Shown here piece after piece: positions 63,953 through 64,000 of a DNA stretch of 64,000 nt. Position 1 is the stretch's first letter, and each line of letters starts with the position of its first letter. The stretch comes from Glycera tridactyla (lineage: Eukaryota). The position numbers and the translations under genes are program-made. The DNA is taken from positions 8,990,001-9,054,000 of the forward strand of contig OZ286470.1 in the NCBI GenBank assembly GCA_965644265.1, in the 5' to 3' direction. The notes beneath the pieces were generated by a model. The model did not search any database, was not told the origin of the DNA, and saw only the letters and a program-made list of their open reading frames with translations.

Positions 63953-64000
63953 GTATTGTGATTGAGATTACATTTTGCTCGACTTATGCGTGAAGAAATC

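Overview
Repeat-rich animal genomic DNA with seven N-gaps, probably intronic or intergenic sequence from an invertebrate (inferred from its SINE, LINE and MITE repertoire). No CRISPR, rRNA, tRNA or operon is visible, and nearly all short ORFs in the track are spurious (gap-spanning, microsatellite- or repeat-derived). The only convincing long coding sequences are ORF1 and ORF2 of an apparently intact CR1/L2-group LINE (~56.2-61.7 kb). Its ORF2 begins with a 2A-like (StopGo) motif, and its ~1-kb inter-ORF spacer carries a poly(A) signal followed by a promoter-like motif cluster. The rest is dozens of TA-flanked Tc1/mariner-type MITEs, hAT-like MITEs (one with an 8-bp TSD, several with 5-7 bp TSDs), a 3-kb Helentron-associated (HINE/DINE-1-like) element holding an ~11-copy 147-bp array, two SINE-like families almost all on the + strand, and tandem repeats of 27, 55 and 111 bp. 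The clearest structural discovery is a recent ~2.47-kb inversion (52891-55360) that can be reconstructed from sequence alone: a 261-bp inverted breakpoint duplication, a MITE split in two, and templated filler at the junction. Host exons are only tentative; the best is a 45-nt exon encoding a P-loop-like start at 63908-63952.
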